A stretch of DNA of 64,000 nucleotides from an uncultured Gemmatimonadales bacterium (GCA_963708135.1 OY970192.1:3200001-3264000), one strand, 5' to 3'. Positions 9,833 through 20,374 are shown, numbered from the stretch's first letter. The notes: generated by a model not told the origin, from the letters alone. Numbers and translations: made by a program.

Positions 9833-10795
9833 GTGGCCGTCCTGCTCGTGGTGGTTGGCTCTCTGCTCGTCGGGCTCGTGCTGACCGATGTCTTCTTCAC
9901 CGTCTTCCACCCCACCGCGCATGCCGGTCCGCTGACCCGCTTCCAGAGCCGCACGGTGTGGCGGGCTACGCGACGGGTCGGCGGCTGCGGCGGGCGCACG
10001 CGCGAGCGCGTGCTGTCCGTCGGCGGTCCGGTGATCGCGGCGCTCACCCCCGTGGCCTGGCTACTCCTCCTGGTCGTCGGCTTCACGCTCATCCACTACC
10101 CCTTCGTGCTTTCGTTCGCCTTCTCGCCCGAGAACCGGGGAGCGCGCTGGCTCGACTCGTTCTACTACAGCGGCTACCTGGCGACCACCCTCGGCCTCGG
10201 CGACATCGTCCCCCGCGCCGGCGTGTTCCGGCTGCTGGCCGTGTTTGAGGCGTTCCTCGGGTTCGGTCTGTTTTCCGTGGGGATCACCTACGTCCTCTCG
10301 ATCTACACCCAGCTGTCGGCCCAGATGGCCCTCGCCACCACCATCGATCATGCGCTGGCGGATGCCGATCCGATGGACTGGCGGAACCCGGACCCCACCG
10401 AGCTCCAGTGGTCGTTCACCCTGGCACGCCACGTGGCACAGCAGCTCTCCCGGGCGAACCGGGCCAACAGCCAGTACCCGATCCTCCAGTACTTCCGGCA
10501 TCCCCACCCCCGCGATGCCCTTGCCGTGCAGGTGGGCCGCCTCATCCGATGGCTTCACGAGCTCGAGGCCGCCTCGCCCGAGCGGGACTGGTTCCGCAGC
10601 CGCTCCCCCTTCCGCACGCTGCGCCGTGCCGTGGACGAGTACATCCGGGAGGTCCCCCAGCACCTGCTGCCGGGACGGGACACGGGCGAGGACGTGGACT
10701 GGGACCGTGAACACGCCCGGCTCCTCCACTACCTCTGCTACGACGACGTCCCGTCCGCCGCCGCCCCGGGCCGAGCGAGGGAGCCGGGGCGATGA
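9833..10795 (+). CDS. Potassium-channel-family (Ion_trans_2) membrane protein
   Basis: Hydrophobic helices around a pore-like FYYSGYLATTLGLGDIVP motif. Confidence 0.8.
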   Translation: MAVLLVVVGSLLVGLVLTDVFFTVFHPTAHAGPLTRFQSRTVWRATRRVGGCGGRTRERVLSVGGPVIAALTPVAWLLLLVVGFTLIHYPFVLSFAFSPENRGARWLDSFYYSGYLATTLGLGDIVPRAGVFRLLAVFEAFLGFGLFSVGITYVLSIYTQLSAQMALATTIDHALADADPMDWRNPDPTELQWSFTLARHVAQQLSRANRANSQYPILQYFRHPHPRDALAVQVGRLIRWLHELEAASPERDWFRSRSPFRTLRRAVDEYIREVPQHLLPGRDTGEDVDWDREHARLLHYLCYDDVPSAAAPGRAREPGR

Positions 10796-11643
10796 GCGGC
10801 GGACGCGACGCGAGCCACTACTGGAAGGGCATAGCCCGCGGCTTCGGCGGCGCGCTGCTCTTCTCGCTCCCGCTGTACATGACCATGGAAATGTGGTGGC
10901 TCGGGTTCTACATGAGCCCGCTCCGGCTGGCGGCGCTGCTGCTGTTCGGGATGCCGCTGCTGGTGGGGCTCGCCTCCATCTCGGGAATCCAGCAATCAAA
11001 CGGGTTCCGCGAGGCCCTCCTGGGGGGATTGACGGCGTACGGCATCGGCCTGGTCTCCAGTGCCGTGCTGCTGACCGTAATCGGCGTGATCGGCGGGACC
11101 GACCCGCTGTCGGACGTGGCCGGCAGGATCGGGGTGCAGGCGCTCCCCGCCGGCATCGGCGCCTCCCTGGCTCGCAGCCAGCTCGGCGACACCGGGAGCC
11201 AGGCCAGGCAGAAGGAGCAGCGATCGTCGGGCGAGCCGCAGATCCATGGCGGGGCCTATACGGCCGAGCTGTTCCTTATGCTGGCGGGGTCGATCTACGT
11301 GGCGTTCAACGTCGCGCCGACGCAGGAGATGAACCTGCTGTCCTACATCGCGCGGCCCGTCCACGTCCTCGCGACCGCGGTCCTGACGATCGTGGTCATG
11401 CACGCGTTCGTCTACGCCATGGAGTTCCGCGGCGCCCCGTACGGTGGCTCCGACACGCGCTGGTGGAGCCTGCTGCTCCGATACACGGTGCCCGGGTACG
11501 TAATCGCCCTGGTGACGAGCGGGGTGCTGCTGTGGGTGTTCGGTCGCATGGAGAACAGCGTCCTGGAGTGGGTGGTCCTGCGATCGGTGGTGCTGGGCCT
11601 GCCCGCCGGCCTGGGCGCGGCGGCCGCCCGACTGGTGGTGTGA
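10792..11643 (+). CDS. TIGR02587/DUF2391-family membrane protein
   Basis: RGFGGALLFSLPLYMTMEMWWLG and AFNVAPTQEM motifs; ATGA overlap with the upstream gene. Confidence 0.85.
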   Translation: MSGGRDASHYWKGIARGFGGALLFSLPLYMTMEMWWLGFYMSPLRLAALLLFGMPLLVGLASISGIQQSNGFREALLGGLTAYGIGLVSSAVLLTVIGVIGGTDPLSDVAGRIGVQALPAGIGASLARSQLGDTGSQARQKEQRSSGEPQIHGGAYTAELFLMLAGSIYVAFNVAPTQEMNLLSYIARPVHVLATAVLTIVVMHAFVYAMEFRGAPYGGSDTRWWSLLLRYTVPGYVIALVTSGVLLWVFGRMENSVLEWVVLRSVVLGLPAGLGAAAARLVV

Positions 11644-11644
11644 G

Positions 11645-12160
11645 ATGACCATGACGGAACGGGACGATCACGGCGACCGGAGCGGTGGGAACGAGCCCCG
11701 CCACCGGAGCGACAACCGTCGCGGCGGTGGGGGCGAGCGTGGCGGTCCGGCCGACGGCGGCGAGGGCAGGCGCCAGAGCGGCGCTGGCGGCACCTCGGTC
11801 TGGGAATGGGTGGTCGCCGGGATGAGCACGGCCCTGGTGCTGGCGCTCATCGCCTACCTGGTCTACCTGGGAGTGTCGGCTCCCCACACACCGCCGCACG
11901 TGACCATCAGGCGAGACACGGTGACGGCCATGGAGGGCGGCTACGTGGTCACCTTCACCGCTCGCAACACGGGCGGGGCCACGGCGGCCTCGGTGCAGGT
12001 GGACGGAGAGCTGAAAGCGGACACGGCGACCATCGAGAAGCGGAGCGCGACGCTGCGCTTCGTCCCGGCCGGCGCCACCCGCCATGGCGGGCTGTTCTTC
12101 ACACACGACCCCCGCTCCTACCGCCTGGAGCTGAGCGCGAGCGGTTACGACCGGCCCTGA
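11645..12160 (+). CDS. TIGR02588-family protein
   Basis: WEWVVAG TM segment, NTGGATAASVQVDGEL and GGLFFTHDP motifs; usual partner of TIGR02587. Confidence 0.8.
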   Translation: MTMTERDDHGDRSGGNEPRHRSDNRRGGGGERGGPADGGEGRRQSGAGGTSVWEWVVAGMSTALVLALIAYLVYLGVSAPHTPPHVTIRRDTVTAMEGGYVVTFTARNTGGATAASVQVDGELKADTATIEKRSATLRFVPAGATRHGGLFFTHDPRSYRLELSASGYDRP

Positions 12161-12729
12161 TCTCCCCTGAGCGGCCGCCGGCGAAGCCCGCAGCGAGCAA
12201 ATCGCTGCGGGCGTTGCGCATCTCCGTCATTCCGCGTGGAAGCGCGGACGCGATCTGGCGCGGTAAGCCCCGCCGGTCAGCGCCGCCGGAGCGCGGCCGC
12301 GGGCGAGGAGCCGCCGAGCGTCACGGCCGCACCGCGGGGCGGTGGCGGCCGGGAGCCGGCCGGATTCCGCTTCACGACGCGGAATATGGCCTTCGAGAGA
12401 CGGGGCCTCCGCCTGCGCCGGTGAGCCGTATCGTCCCACGCCGCCCCGGCGCTCCGAGGCGAGGTGGCGCCGGCACGCTCGACCATCTTCCGTAGATCGT
12501 TCTCGTCGAAGAAGCGCGTCAGCATCTCACGGTTCCGGGCGAGTCGTTCAACGGAGCGCGATCATGCGATCGAGATCTGCGCGAGGGCATCACGGCCGTG
12601 GGGAGATCTCCCACGCGAACGTCCCCGAACCTCCCTACGCCCGCGGGCCCTCGCTGTCCTTACCTTGGCGGCATCCCCCCGCTGGCGAAGCCGGGAACCT
12701 TCACGCCGGAGGAAAGCATGCAGCTGGGG

Positions 12730-12900
12730 CCGTCCACCATGCGACTGCTGCCGAGTGGAAGGTCTGGACTCAGGCGGCCCTGGCGTTCGCGACCATCTAC
12801 GCCCTCCTTACCGGCACGGTGTACTACGGCCAGCTGACGTACGTGGCACCGCACATGTTGCGCGGGGACATGGCGGGGATCCTCGCCATCCTCTTCCGGC
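12730..12900 (+). pseudogene. Fragment of a membrane-protein gene
   Basis: VHHATAAEWKVWTQAALAFATIYALLTGTVYYGQLTYVAP reads like a natural TM segment but has no credible start; boundaries approximate. Confidence 0.4.
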
Positions 12901-12940
12901 GCGCCGAAACCCTTGCCGCGGAACCCGCCGTGTTCGCCGG

Positions 12941-13708
12941 ATGAGCTTCCGGAAGGATCTGGCTGTCGCGAGGGCGCGGCTCGCGAGCGTCCCGAGCTCC
13001 GTCTACGAATCCACGTTCGGCGACATCGAGTACCTCCTGGAGGGTGCGGGACCGACGGTACTCGTGTGCCACGGCGTTACCGGCGGGGTAGACCAGGGCA
13101 TTCGCCTGGCCCGGGACTTCCGCATCCTCCCCAATGGGTGCCGCTTCCTCTACGTATCGCGATTCGGCTACCTCAGGTCCTGGCTTCCCGAACATGCCTC
13201 CGCGCAGCGGCAGGCGAGCGCCTACCTCGAGCTCCTGGACCACCTGGACATCCGTCGCGCGTTCGTCTTCGGAAACTCCGCAGGTGGCCCCTCGGTCATG
13301 TGGTTCGCCATCGACAGCCCCGAGCGGACGCAGGGCCTGATCCTGGTCTCATCGGTCGTGCCCGGTGCCCGCGTCGCCCCCACGCCGGGGCCCGTGTTCA
13401 AACATGACCTCCTGTACAAGAACGCCTTCGAGGCCGCACTTCCCATCACGCGGAGGAGCCACGGCGTCTTCTTCGACAACGGAATCTCCACACCTTCGAT
13501 CGAGGACATCCCGTTCGAGCGAATCGCGGCACCGACCCTCATCGTCCACGCCGTGGATGATCCCGCCCCGCCCATCGCCGGCGCGCGTGCAGTCGCCGCG
13601 AGGATCCCTCGGTGCGATCTGGTGACGTTGGATGGAGGTCATCTTCTCCTGAGACGGGGAGATGACGCCCGGCGGGCGATCGAGAGGTTCATCGCCCAGA
13701 ATCCGTGA
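12941..13708 (+). CDS. Alpha/beta hydrolase
   Basis: HG oxyanion motif, GNSAGG nucleophile elbow, IVHAVDD acid and GGH histidine; the cap region looks short. Confidence 0.85.
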   Translation: MSFRKDLAVARARLASVPSSVYESTFGDIEYLLEGAGPTVLVCHGVTGGVDQGIRLARDFRILPNGCRFLYVSRFGYLRSWLPEHASAQRQASAYLELLDHLDIRRAFVFGNSAGGPSVMWFAIDSPERTQGLILVSSVVPGARVAPTPGPVFKHDLLYKNAFEAALPITRRSHGVFFDNGISTPSIEDIPFERIAAPTLIVHAVDDPAPPIAGARAVAARIPRCDLVTLDGGHLLLRRGDDARRAIERFIAQNP

Positions 13709-15947
13709 CCGTGCGCCCGCGCGTCCCGGCGCCGGGGTCCACCGCGAGCCCCATCTCGCGCCGCACGCGCGCGGTCAGCCGCGCAAAGCGCGGATCCGCG
13801 CGCAGCGGATCGAGGGCCGGGTCGGCGAGAACCGCGCGGTTCGGCCACTGCCAGTTGCTGCGGTCGAGCCATGCGAACGCGCTGTCAGGCTCGCCCAGCG
13901 CCGCGTAGGCGCGCGCGAGCGGAACGGCTGCGATCTCACCCGTCCTGGCGCGTTCCAGGTACGGCAACGCTTCGGCCTTCCGGCCCGCGCGCGCGTACAC
14001 CATGGCGAGATCCGCCGAATGCTCCGAATTCGGCACCAGCCGGTACGCCCTGGACACCTCCCGGATCGCGAGATCGTGCATGCCTTTCTCGGAATAGCTG
14101 TAGCCCATCTGCGCGTGCGCCGGTGCCCAGGCGTCGTTGATCTCGAGCGTGCGCCTGAATTGTGCGATCGCGCGATCGTATTCCCGGTTGAAGTAGAGGG
14201 CCGAGCCGTACGTGATGCTGATGGCCATCGCGTACGGGTCCAGCTCGTCGGCGCGGCGACTCTGCTCGAGCGCTTCCTGCAGCCGCCCCATCCCGGAGAG
14301 CAGCATCGCGTACCATGCGCGGGCGGTGGCCTGCTCCGGGTCGAGCTCGAGGACGCGCAGATACTCGCGTTCGGTGGCCGGCCAGTTCTTCTGCCACCAG
14401 AACACGGTGGCCATGGCGCTGTGCGCCGCTGGCGACCTGTCGTCGAGCGCGATCGCCCGCTCGGCCGCCTCTTTCGCGCGTCTGTAGCTCTCCTGCTCCG
14501 ATCCGATCGAGAACCGCAGCTGGTACATCGTGAAATACGCATCCGACAGGCCGGCGTAAGCGTCCGCGAACGTGGAATCGCGCTCGATGGCCTTCAGGTA
14601 GAACGTGATCGCCTGCTGCTGCGCGTCCTTGCTGCGCGTGCTCCACAGGTCCCTTGCCCGCCGGTAGAGCTCCAGAGCGCCCGGATCGCGCGTCTGACCG
14701 CTCGGGCTCGCGAGCGCATGGGCGCCGCCCGCTTTCTCGACGGCCGATCGCGGCCGTGACGCCAGGAACGCCGCGAGCAGAACGGCCGTGGCCACGACTC
14801 CGGCCGCGAGCGGGCCGCTCCGGCGGGCGATCGTGCGCCGCGCGCGGTACCAGAGCGTCTGGTCCCGCGCGCGCACGGGCTGCCCGCCGAGGTAGCGCCG
14901 GAGGTCCTCGGCCAGCTCGCCGGCGGATGCGTAGCGCTCCGCCGGCATCTTGCGCAGCGCCTTGAAGACGATGGCGGCGAGGTCGCGATCGACGGCGGCA
15001 GGAAGCGGCGAGGGATCCTCCTCCAGCACGGCGGTCTCCAGCTCGTGCGTCGTGCGCGCGCGATCTCCGAACGGCGTGTGGCCCGCCAGCAGCTCGTACA
15101 GCACGGCGCCGAGCTGATAGACGTCGGTGCGCTTCGTGGCATGGGCGCCACTCACCTGTTCCGGCGCCGCGTATTCCGGAGTCATCCACCGCATCTGCGT
15201 GCGCGTGGGCGCCGCCCCGCCACCGGGACCGGGCTCCAGCATTTTCGCCAGCCCGAAATCCAGCAGCTTCACCGTGCCGTCGTCTCGGACCAGAATGTTC
15301 GAGGGCTTGAGGTCCCGGTGCACGACCGAGCCGCGATGCGCGTACTCGACCGCATCCAGCACGCCGAGGAAGAGATCGAGGCGCGCGCGCACCGGCAGCT
15401 CGCCGGCCGTGCAGTAGCGCTCGATGGGTTCACCACGCACGTGCTCGAGCACGATGTAGGGGAGCCCATCATCGGTGACGCCACCATCGAGCAGGCGTGC
15501 AATGTTCGGATGATCGAGCGAGGCGAGAATCTGACGCTCGGCGCGGAAGCGGACGACGTCGAGCTCGGAATCGAAGCCCGGCCGCAGCAGCTTCAGCGCC
15601 ACCTGCTGTTCGTACTGACCGTCCGCGCGGCGCGCGAGATAGACGCGCGACATCCCGCCGCGTCCCAGCTCGCGCACGATGCTGTATGCAGCGATGCGAC
15701 GACCTTCCTCGCCCGCGGCTGTTTCCGCCGACTCGGACTCGGTGAGAAACGCCGCCGCAATCTCGGCGACGGGCGTCTCGAGGAAGCTCCTCGCCCGATC
15801 GACGCGCGCGAGCAGCCCCGCCACCTCCCGCTGTAGCTCCGCGTCGCCGGCGCAGGCGGTCCCCAGCGCCTGCGCCCATTCGCCGGGATCGGCGGACAGC
15901 ACCGCCTTCAGGACCCGCTGAACTTGCCGCGCGCGCTCAACGTCCAT
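13689..15947 (-). CDS. Ser/Thr protein kinase with TM segment and C-terminal TPR repeats
   Basis: GRGGMSRV, VALK, HRDLKPSN, DFG, TPEYAAPE motifs; TPR-like C-terminus; N-terminal CAGDAELQREV motif seen in ECF-coupled kinases. Confidence 0.9.
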   Translation of the reverse strand: MDVERARQVQRVLKAVLSADPGEWAQALGTACAGDAELQREVAGLLARVDRARSFLETPVAEIAAAFLTESESAETAAGEEGRRIAAYSIVRELGRGGMSRVYLARRADGQYEQQVALKLLRPGFDSELDVVRFRAERQILASLDHPNIARLLDGGVTDDGLPYIVLEHVRGEPIERYCTAGELPVRARLDLFLGVLDAVEYAHRGSVVHRDLKPSNILVRDDGTVKLLDFGLAKMLEPGPGGGAAPTRTQMRWMTPEYAAPEQVSGAHATKRTDVYQLGAVLYELLAGHTPFGDRARTTHELETAVLEEDPSPLPAAVDRDLAAIVFKALRKMPAERYASAGELAEDLRRYLGGQPVRARDQTLWYRARRTIARRSGPLAAGVVATAVLLAAFLASRPRSAVEKAGGAHALASPSGQTRDPGALELYRRARDLWSTRSKDAQQQAITFYLKAIERDSTFADAYAGLSDAYFTMYQLRFSIGSEQESYRRAKEAAERAIALDDRSPAAHSAMATVFWWQKNWPATEREYLRVLELDPEQATARAWYAMLLSGMGRLQEALEQSRRADELDPYAMAISITYGSALYFNREYDRAIAQFRRTLEINDAWAPAHAQMGYSYSEKGMHDLAIREVSRAYRLVPNSEHSADLAMVYARAGRKAEALPYLERARTGEIAAVPLARAYAALGEPDSAFAWLDRSNWQWPNRAVLADPALDPLRADPRFARLTARVRREMGLAVDPGAGTRGRTVTDSGR

Positions 15948-16485
15948 GGGGCTCCGTCGCGACGTCGAGCTCGGCGACGAGAAACAGGCGCGCGCGCAGC
16001 CAGTCACGCCGAACCGTGCGCTCTGAGATGCCGAGCATCCCGGCGACCTCCTGCTCGGACGCGCCGCCGAAGAACCTCAGCTCGATGATCTGACGCAGCC
16101 GCTCCTCGACGGCATCGAGCCGATCGAGAGCCGCGTCAAGCGCGAGAATCTCATCCAGCTGCACCTCGAGCGCGGCATCTCCATCCGACAGTGTGACCGC
16201 CCGCCAGGCGCCGCCGCGCTTTGCCGCCCGCCGTTGCCGCGCGAGATCCACCAGGACCTGGCGCATCGCGCGCGAGGCGGCGCCGAAGAAATGTGCGCGG
16301 CTGTCCCACGAGGTGCCGTCGCCGTGGCCGAGCTTGAGGTAGGCCTCGTGCACCAGCTCCGTGGTCGTCAGACTCGCCTGACCGCGCACGCGCAGGTGCC
16401 GGCGCGCCACCCGCTTCAGCTCCGTGTAGGCGGCGGCGAACAGGGCGTCGGACGGACCGGGACCGGCTGGAGGACGGGCAGGCAT
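15937..16485 (-). CDS. ECF RNA polymerase sigma factor (TIGR02999/ECF43-like)
   Basis: LTTTELVHEAYLKL, RAHFFGAASRAMRQVLVD, AAKRGG and LGISERTVRRDW motifs; overlaps the kinase start. Confidence 0.9.
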   Translation of the reverse strand: MPARPPAGPGPSDALFAAAYTELKRVARRHLRVRGQASLTTTELVHEAYLKLGHGDGTSWDSRAHFFGAASRAMRQVLVDLARQRRAAKRGGAWRAVTLSDGDAALEVQLDEILALDAALDRLDAVEERLRQIIELRFFGGASEQEVAGMLGISERTVRRDWLRARLFLVAELDVATEPHGR

Positions 16486-16671
16486 CAAACGATCACGGAA
16501 GGGACGGGTGACGGGCACGCGCTCCCGCGTGCATCCCGCAAGTTGGTCGAATCTGCGCGCTTACGACCCCCCGAGTCAAGGAATCAGAAGAACCCTGGCC
16601 GGTTCCCCGCGGGAATTCCGTATGTCACAGGTACCAGCCACAGTGACGGTCATTCCCACAGGAGGAGGATC

Positions 16672-17217
16672 ATGCCCATCCCCGCACGCGCCGCGACGGC
16701 GGCGCTCACCCTGACATTCGCGCTGCTGGCCTGCAACGACAGCGTGTCCCCGGAGGCGACCGCCGCGCAGGCGCCGCGCGCCGACGTGGCCGCCAGCACC
16801 GGCGGTGATCACGCGCTCGTCAACGGCCAGGGGATCCAGTGGGGCGACGCGCTCCCCTGCTTTGCGCCGGGAGCGAAGCTGGCCGTCGTCGAAGGCAACC
16901 CCCTCGCGCCCGGAAAGGTCTGGACCGTCCGCCTCCTGCTCCCGGACGGCTACGTCGTCAACCCGCACTGGCACCCGACGGACGAGAACGTGACCGTGCT
17001 GAGCGGCACCCTGCTCTTCGGCTTCGGGCAGCACTACGACGAGAGCGGGATGACGGCATATGGCAAGGACGGCTTCTTCACCGCGCCCGCCGGGGAGAGC
17101 CACTACGTGAGGGCCCGGGGCCGCACCGAGATCCAGGTCCACGGCCTCGGGCCCTTCGCCCTTATCTACGTCGAGCAGACCCACGGCGCCCTTCCCGACT
17201 GCTCCGTCCCGTCCTGA
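16672..17217 (+). CDS. Cupin-domain lipoprotein
   Basis: AGGAGG RBS; lipobox LLAC; PHWHPTDENVTVLSG cupin motif. Confidence 0.85.
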   Translation: MPIPARAATAALTLTFALLACNDSVSPEATAAQAPRADVAASTGGDHALVNGQGIQWGDALPCFAPGAKLAVVEGNPLAPGKVWTVRLLLPDGYVVNPHWHPTDENVTVLSGTLLFGFGQHYDESGMTAYGKDGFFTAPAGESHYVRARGRTEIQVHGLGPFALIYVEQTHGALPDCSVPS

Positions 17218-18050
17218 GTCGGACGAGTCCCGGCCGATGCCCCGGGGACGCCCCATCGGCGTCCCCCGGGTCGCTCGCCCAGATGCTTCAGCTTCTCGAC
17301 CGCGTTCTGGTTTTCCGGGTTGAGCTGCAGCGAATGGCGGTAGGCGCGGATCGCGTCCTCCCTCCGTCCCGCCGCCGCGTATGCCTCCCCGAGGCTGTCG
17401 TAGACGTTCCAGGAGTCGGGGTGCAGGCGCCCGTTCAGCTCGAACAGCACCACAGCCTCCACCGCGTCGCGGGGCAGGATCGCGTAGCCGAAGCGATTCA
17501 GCCCGTTCTCTGGCAGCAGGAGGTGGTCCGGCGTCGCCTTGCGCTCCTTCTCGAACAGGGCGACGGCCTCCTTGACCTGCCCGGCGCGCGCCAGCCTCAG
17601 GAACTCCTGCTGCGCCGCCACGCGGACGTTGGTTTGCGGACGGCTGATCGTCCACACGTACGCCGCCACTGCTTTCTGCTGCTCCCGTGTGAGCGGCATG
17701 CCGCCGCTCGGGTGCATCTCGAAGCGCCGCGGAGTGACGGCCTTGAATTCCTCCTTCTTCACGCCCCAGAAGATGGTGTGGAGGATGCCATCGTAGTCTC
17801 CGTCGCTGTGCAGCCACTCGACGTCGGCGAGGCTGGGCGCGAACCGGCCGCTGCCCACGCCGGCGACGGCGTGGCAGGCGATGCAGCTGCCGTTGTTGAA
17901 GATCTCGCTGCCGGCGAGGACGCGCTCAGGCGTCACGCTGTCGGGGATGGCCACGGGCCTGGCCGGCGGGTTCCGTTGCGCCGCCACCTCGGTGGTGGAT
18001 CCGGTCCACGCGAGAAGCATCATGCCCAGGATGAAGCCCGCTCTGCTCAC
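17166..18050 (-). CDS. Exported c-type cytochrome fused to TPR repeats
   Basis: Signal peptide; CIACH heme motif; APSLAD.EWLH; distal Met candidate in EMHPSGG; C-terminal NVYDSLGEAY...SLQLNP TPR. Confidence 0.8.
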   Translation of the reverse strand: MSRAGFILGMMLLAWTGSTTEVAAQRNPPARPVAIPDSVTPERVLAGSEIFNNGSCIACHAVAGVGSGRFAPSLADVEWLHSDGDYDGILHTIFWGVKKEEFKAVTPRRFEMHPSGGMPLTREQQKAVAAYVWTISRPQTNVRVAAQQEFLRLARAGQVKEAVALFEKERKATPDHLLLPENGLNRFGYAILPRDAVEAVVLFELNGRLHPDSWNVYDSLGEAYAAAGRREDAIRAYRHSLQLNPENQNAVEKLKHLGERPGGRRWGVPGASAGTRPTQDGTEQSGRAPWVCST

Positions 18051-18222
18051 GATGCTCGTCTCCGGATCTCGAGGAGGGTGGGCCGGCGAGGCGCTGAGGC
18101 TCACGGATTTCGGGGTGCTCGAACGGTGAATCCGGCGACGTGGCGATCGGTTCCCGCCGGTGGCGCGCGGAACGAGAACATGCGACGGCTTCGCCTTCCG
18201 TGCCGGCTCGGAGCGCGGGAGT

Positions 18223-19275
18223 CTACGGCCTCGCCGCTGAAGGGCTGCCGCCGGCTTCGGTGAGCGCGCGCTCGAGAACGGGGTCGTACTTCCGGGCGAA
18301 GTCGTCCGCGGACCAGGGCACCACCTCGTCGGGCGCGATCCCGTTCCACTCGATCACCTTCCTGTCGGCGGTATAGGCGATCCAGCGCGGCACCGAGTAC
18401 TGCCATCCCTCGCCGAGGTCGAAGCGCACGGGGTTGCCACTCGCGCCGATCGTGGTGTCTCCGAGCACGCGCACGTTCGGCAGCTCGCGCATGGCGGAGA
18501 TGAAGCCCTCGCTGCTGCTCGCGTCTCCGCGGCCGACGAGCAGGTACACGGGTCTCAGGTACTGCCACGTGCCGCGAGGCGAGATCGGCTCCGACATCAG
18601 CGGCCCGAGATCATCGTGACGGGGGCCGTTCCGGTACTGGACGTAGCCGCCGATCCACGCCGTCGCCGAGAACCGGCCGGCGACGGCGTACGCGATCGAG
18701 CTGTTGCCGCCCGGATTGGTGCGGACGTCGAACACGATCGCCCGCGTTTCACGCAGGCTGTCCAGCGCGACGTCGACCGCCGTCGCCTGCACGTGCTCTC
18801 CACTCCAGTCGCCGATCACGATGTAGCCGACATCGCCGAAGCGGCCCCACCCCCATCCGCTGCCCGCGGTCGTGTGCCAGCCCGCCGTGGCGACGTAGGC
18901 CAGCCACGTATCCCGGTCCCAGTTCCGCGCGATGGACGGGGCATACGTCGGGACGGCCGCTCCATCCGGCCGGTAGAGACTCGCATGAAGGTCCCGCAGC
19001 GGCGCCAGCATCTCGAGCACGAGATCGCTGAGCTCCGCCTGGCTCGTGGCTGCCTCCGCCCGTGGTCGGTACTCCGCCCGCGCGGCCTCCCAGTCCACGC
19101 CCTTGTACGGGAAGTAGGGATACGTCTCGTCGAAGTGCCGCCAGAGGTCATCGAAGCGGCCGACGTACGCGCGGCCGTCGGGACCGGTCGCGTCGCTGCA
19201 TCCGCCCGCGGCGTAAGCCAGGGCGAGGAGCGCGATGCGGGCGGCTTTCGCGACACCGAATCGGATGCGGGCCAT
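18223..19275 (-). CDS. S41-family peptidase lipoprotein
   Basis: Lipobox AGGC; FDDLW..FDETYPYF..KGVDW; DVRTNPGG; ASSSEGF; GIAPD motifs. Confidence 0.88.
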   Translation of the reverse strand: MARIRFGVAKAARIALLALAYAAGGCSDATGPDGRAYVGRFDDLWRHFDETYPYFPYKGVDWEAARAEYRPRAEAATSQAELSDLVLEMLAPLRDLHASLYRPDGAAVPTYAPSIARNWDRDTWLAYVATAGWHTTAGSGWGWGRFGDVGYIVIGDWSGEHVQATAVDVALDSLRETRAIVFDVRTNPGGNSSIAYAVAGRFSATAWIGGYVQYRNGPRHDDLGPLMSEPISPRGTWQYLRPVYLLVGRGDASSSEGFISAMRELPNVRVLGDTTIGASGNPVRFDLGEGWQYSVPRWIAYTADRKVIEWNGIAPDEVVPWSADDFARKYDPVLERALTEAGGSPSAARP

Positions 19276-19489
19276 TCCTGCCGTCCCGGGAGCCGGGCGC
19301 CCATGAGGTGCCTGCGGGCGCCGCTCCACATACGTTGCGCTTCCCCGCCCCGCCCTGCTGTAGGACAACCTCCGCGGTGCCGTCGGGGAATTCCCCACAC
19401 GAGGATCGCCTGGACGGTGCGGGGTCGCCACGGCTCGTGCTCGTGCGCGAGCCAGACCAGCTCGGGGTCGAGCGCGAGGCGGCGGCGGT

Positions 19490-19991
19490 CATCCCGTTCC
19501 CTGCCTTCATCGCGATCACGTGCTCCACGAACTGGTCGAGGGCGATCTCGGTCCCCTCCTGCCAGCCCGACGCCTTGTTCTTCTCGAGGTCGGACTCGTC
19601 CCGGTGCAGCGCCGTGAAGACGTAGCGGGTGCCGGCTCCCTCGCTCTCCATCGTCATGATGGCGGTGATCGGAACGTCGTCGAAGACCGCCGGACGATAG
19701 CCGGGGAACAGCATGGAGGTCCAGACGAGCCGCTCCATCGGAACCACGTCCAGGAAGCAGCCCAGGTTGGGAACCTCCTGGCCGTCGGCCAGCGCGATGT
19801 CGATGCTGAAGACGCCGCCCGGCCGCACGTCCATCTCGGCACGCGACACACGCCCCCAGGCCCGGGGCATGTACCACTCCTTGAGGTGCTCCGGCTTCGT
19901 CAGCGCTTCCCAGACGAGCCGCCGCGGGCGCGTCGATGAACCGTTCGAAGACGAGATCGAGCTTCGGATCGATCGCGAAGTGTTTGCTCAT
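19490..19991 (-). pseudogene. SRPBCC/AHSA1-family protein with a +1 frameshift near 19925
   Basis: MSKHFAIDPKLDLVFERFIDAP is in one frame and RLVWEALTKPEHLKEWYMP...GWQEGTEIALDQFV in another. No stop at the expected end (the frame runs on to 19148), so the 3' coordinate is approximate. Confidence 0.7.
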
Positions 19992-20330
19992 GGGTCGGAC
20001 TCCTTCTCCTTGAGTTGTTTGACGTACTCGTCGAACCGGTCCAGCCGGGCTTCCCACAACCGACGCCGCTCGGTCAGCCAGTCCTCGGCGACGCTCGAAC
20101 CGTTCGGGTACGATCTCGTAGGTCCGCACCCGCCCCCGCTTCTTCGACCTCACCAGCCGGCTCCGTTCGAGCACCGCCAGGTGCTGCACGAACGAGGGGA
20201 GCTTCATGTCGAACGGTGCCGCCAGCTCGCTGACCGTGGCCGGTCCGACCGACAGCTGCTCCAGAACTCTCCGCCGAGTCGGGTTGGACAGGGCATGAAA
20301 GACGTCGTCGGCGACCGCGGATGGAGCCAT
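19988..20330 (-). pseudogene. ArsR/SmtB-family regulator with a +1 frameshift near 20095
   Basis: DDVFHALSNPTRRRVLEQL...QHLAVLERSRLV...GRVRTY continues as VAEDWLTERRRLWEARLDRFDEYV in a shifted frame. The span is 343 bp (3n+1) and the stop overlaps the SRPBCC ATG. Confidence 0.8.
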
Positions 20331-20374
20331 CTCGACACCACTCGATCCGGTTGGGCTGCGTGATCCGACGAGGG

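Noticed and set aside
12227..12600. Minus-strand gene fragment (MLTRFFDENDLRKMVERA)
   Set aside because: Looks protein-like, but I cannot assign a family or boundaries.
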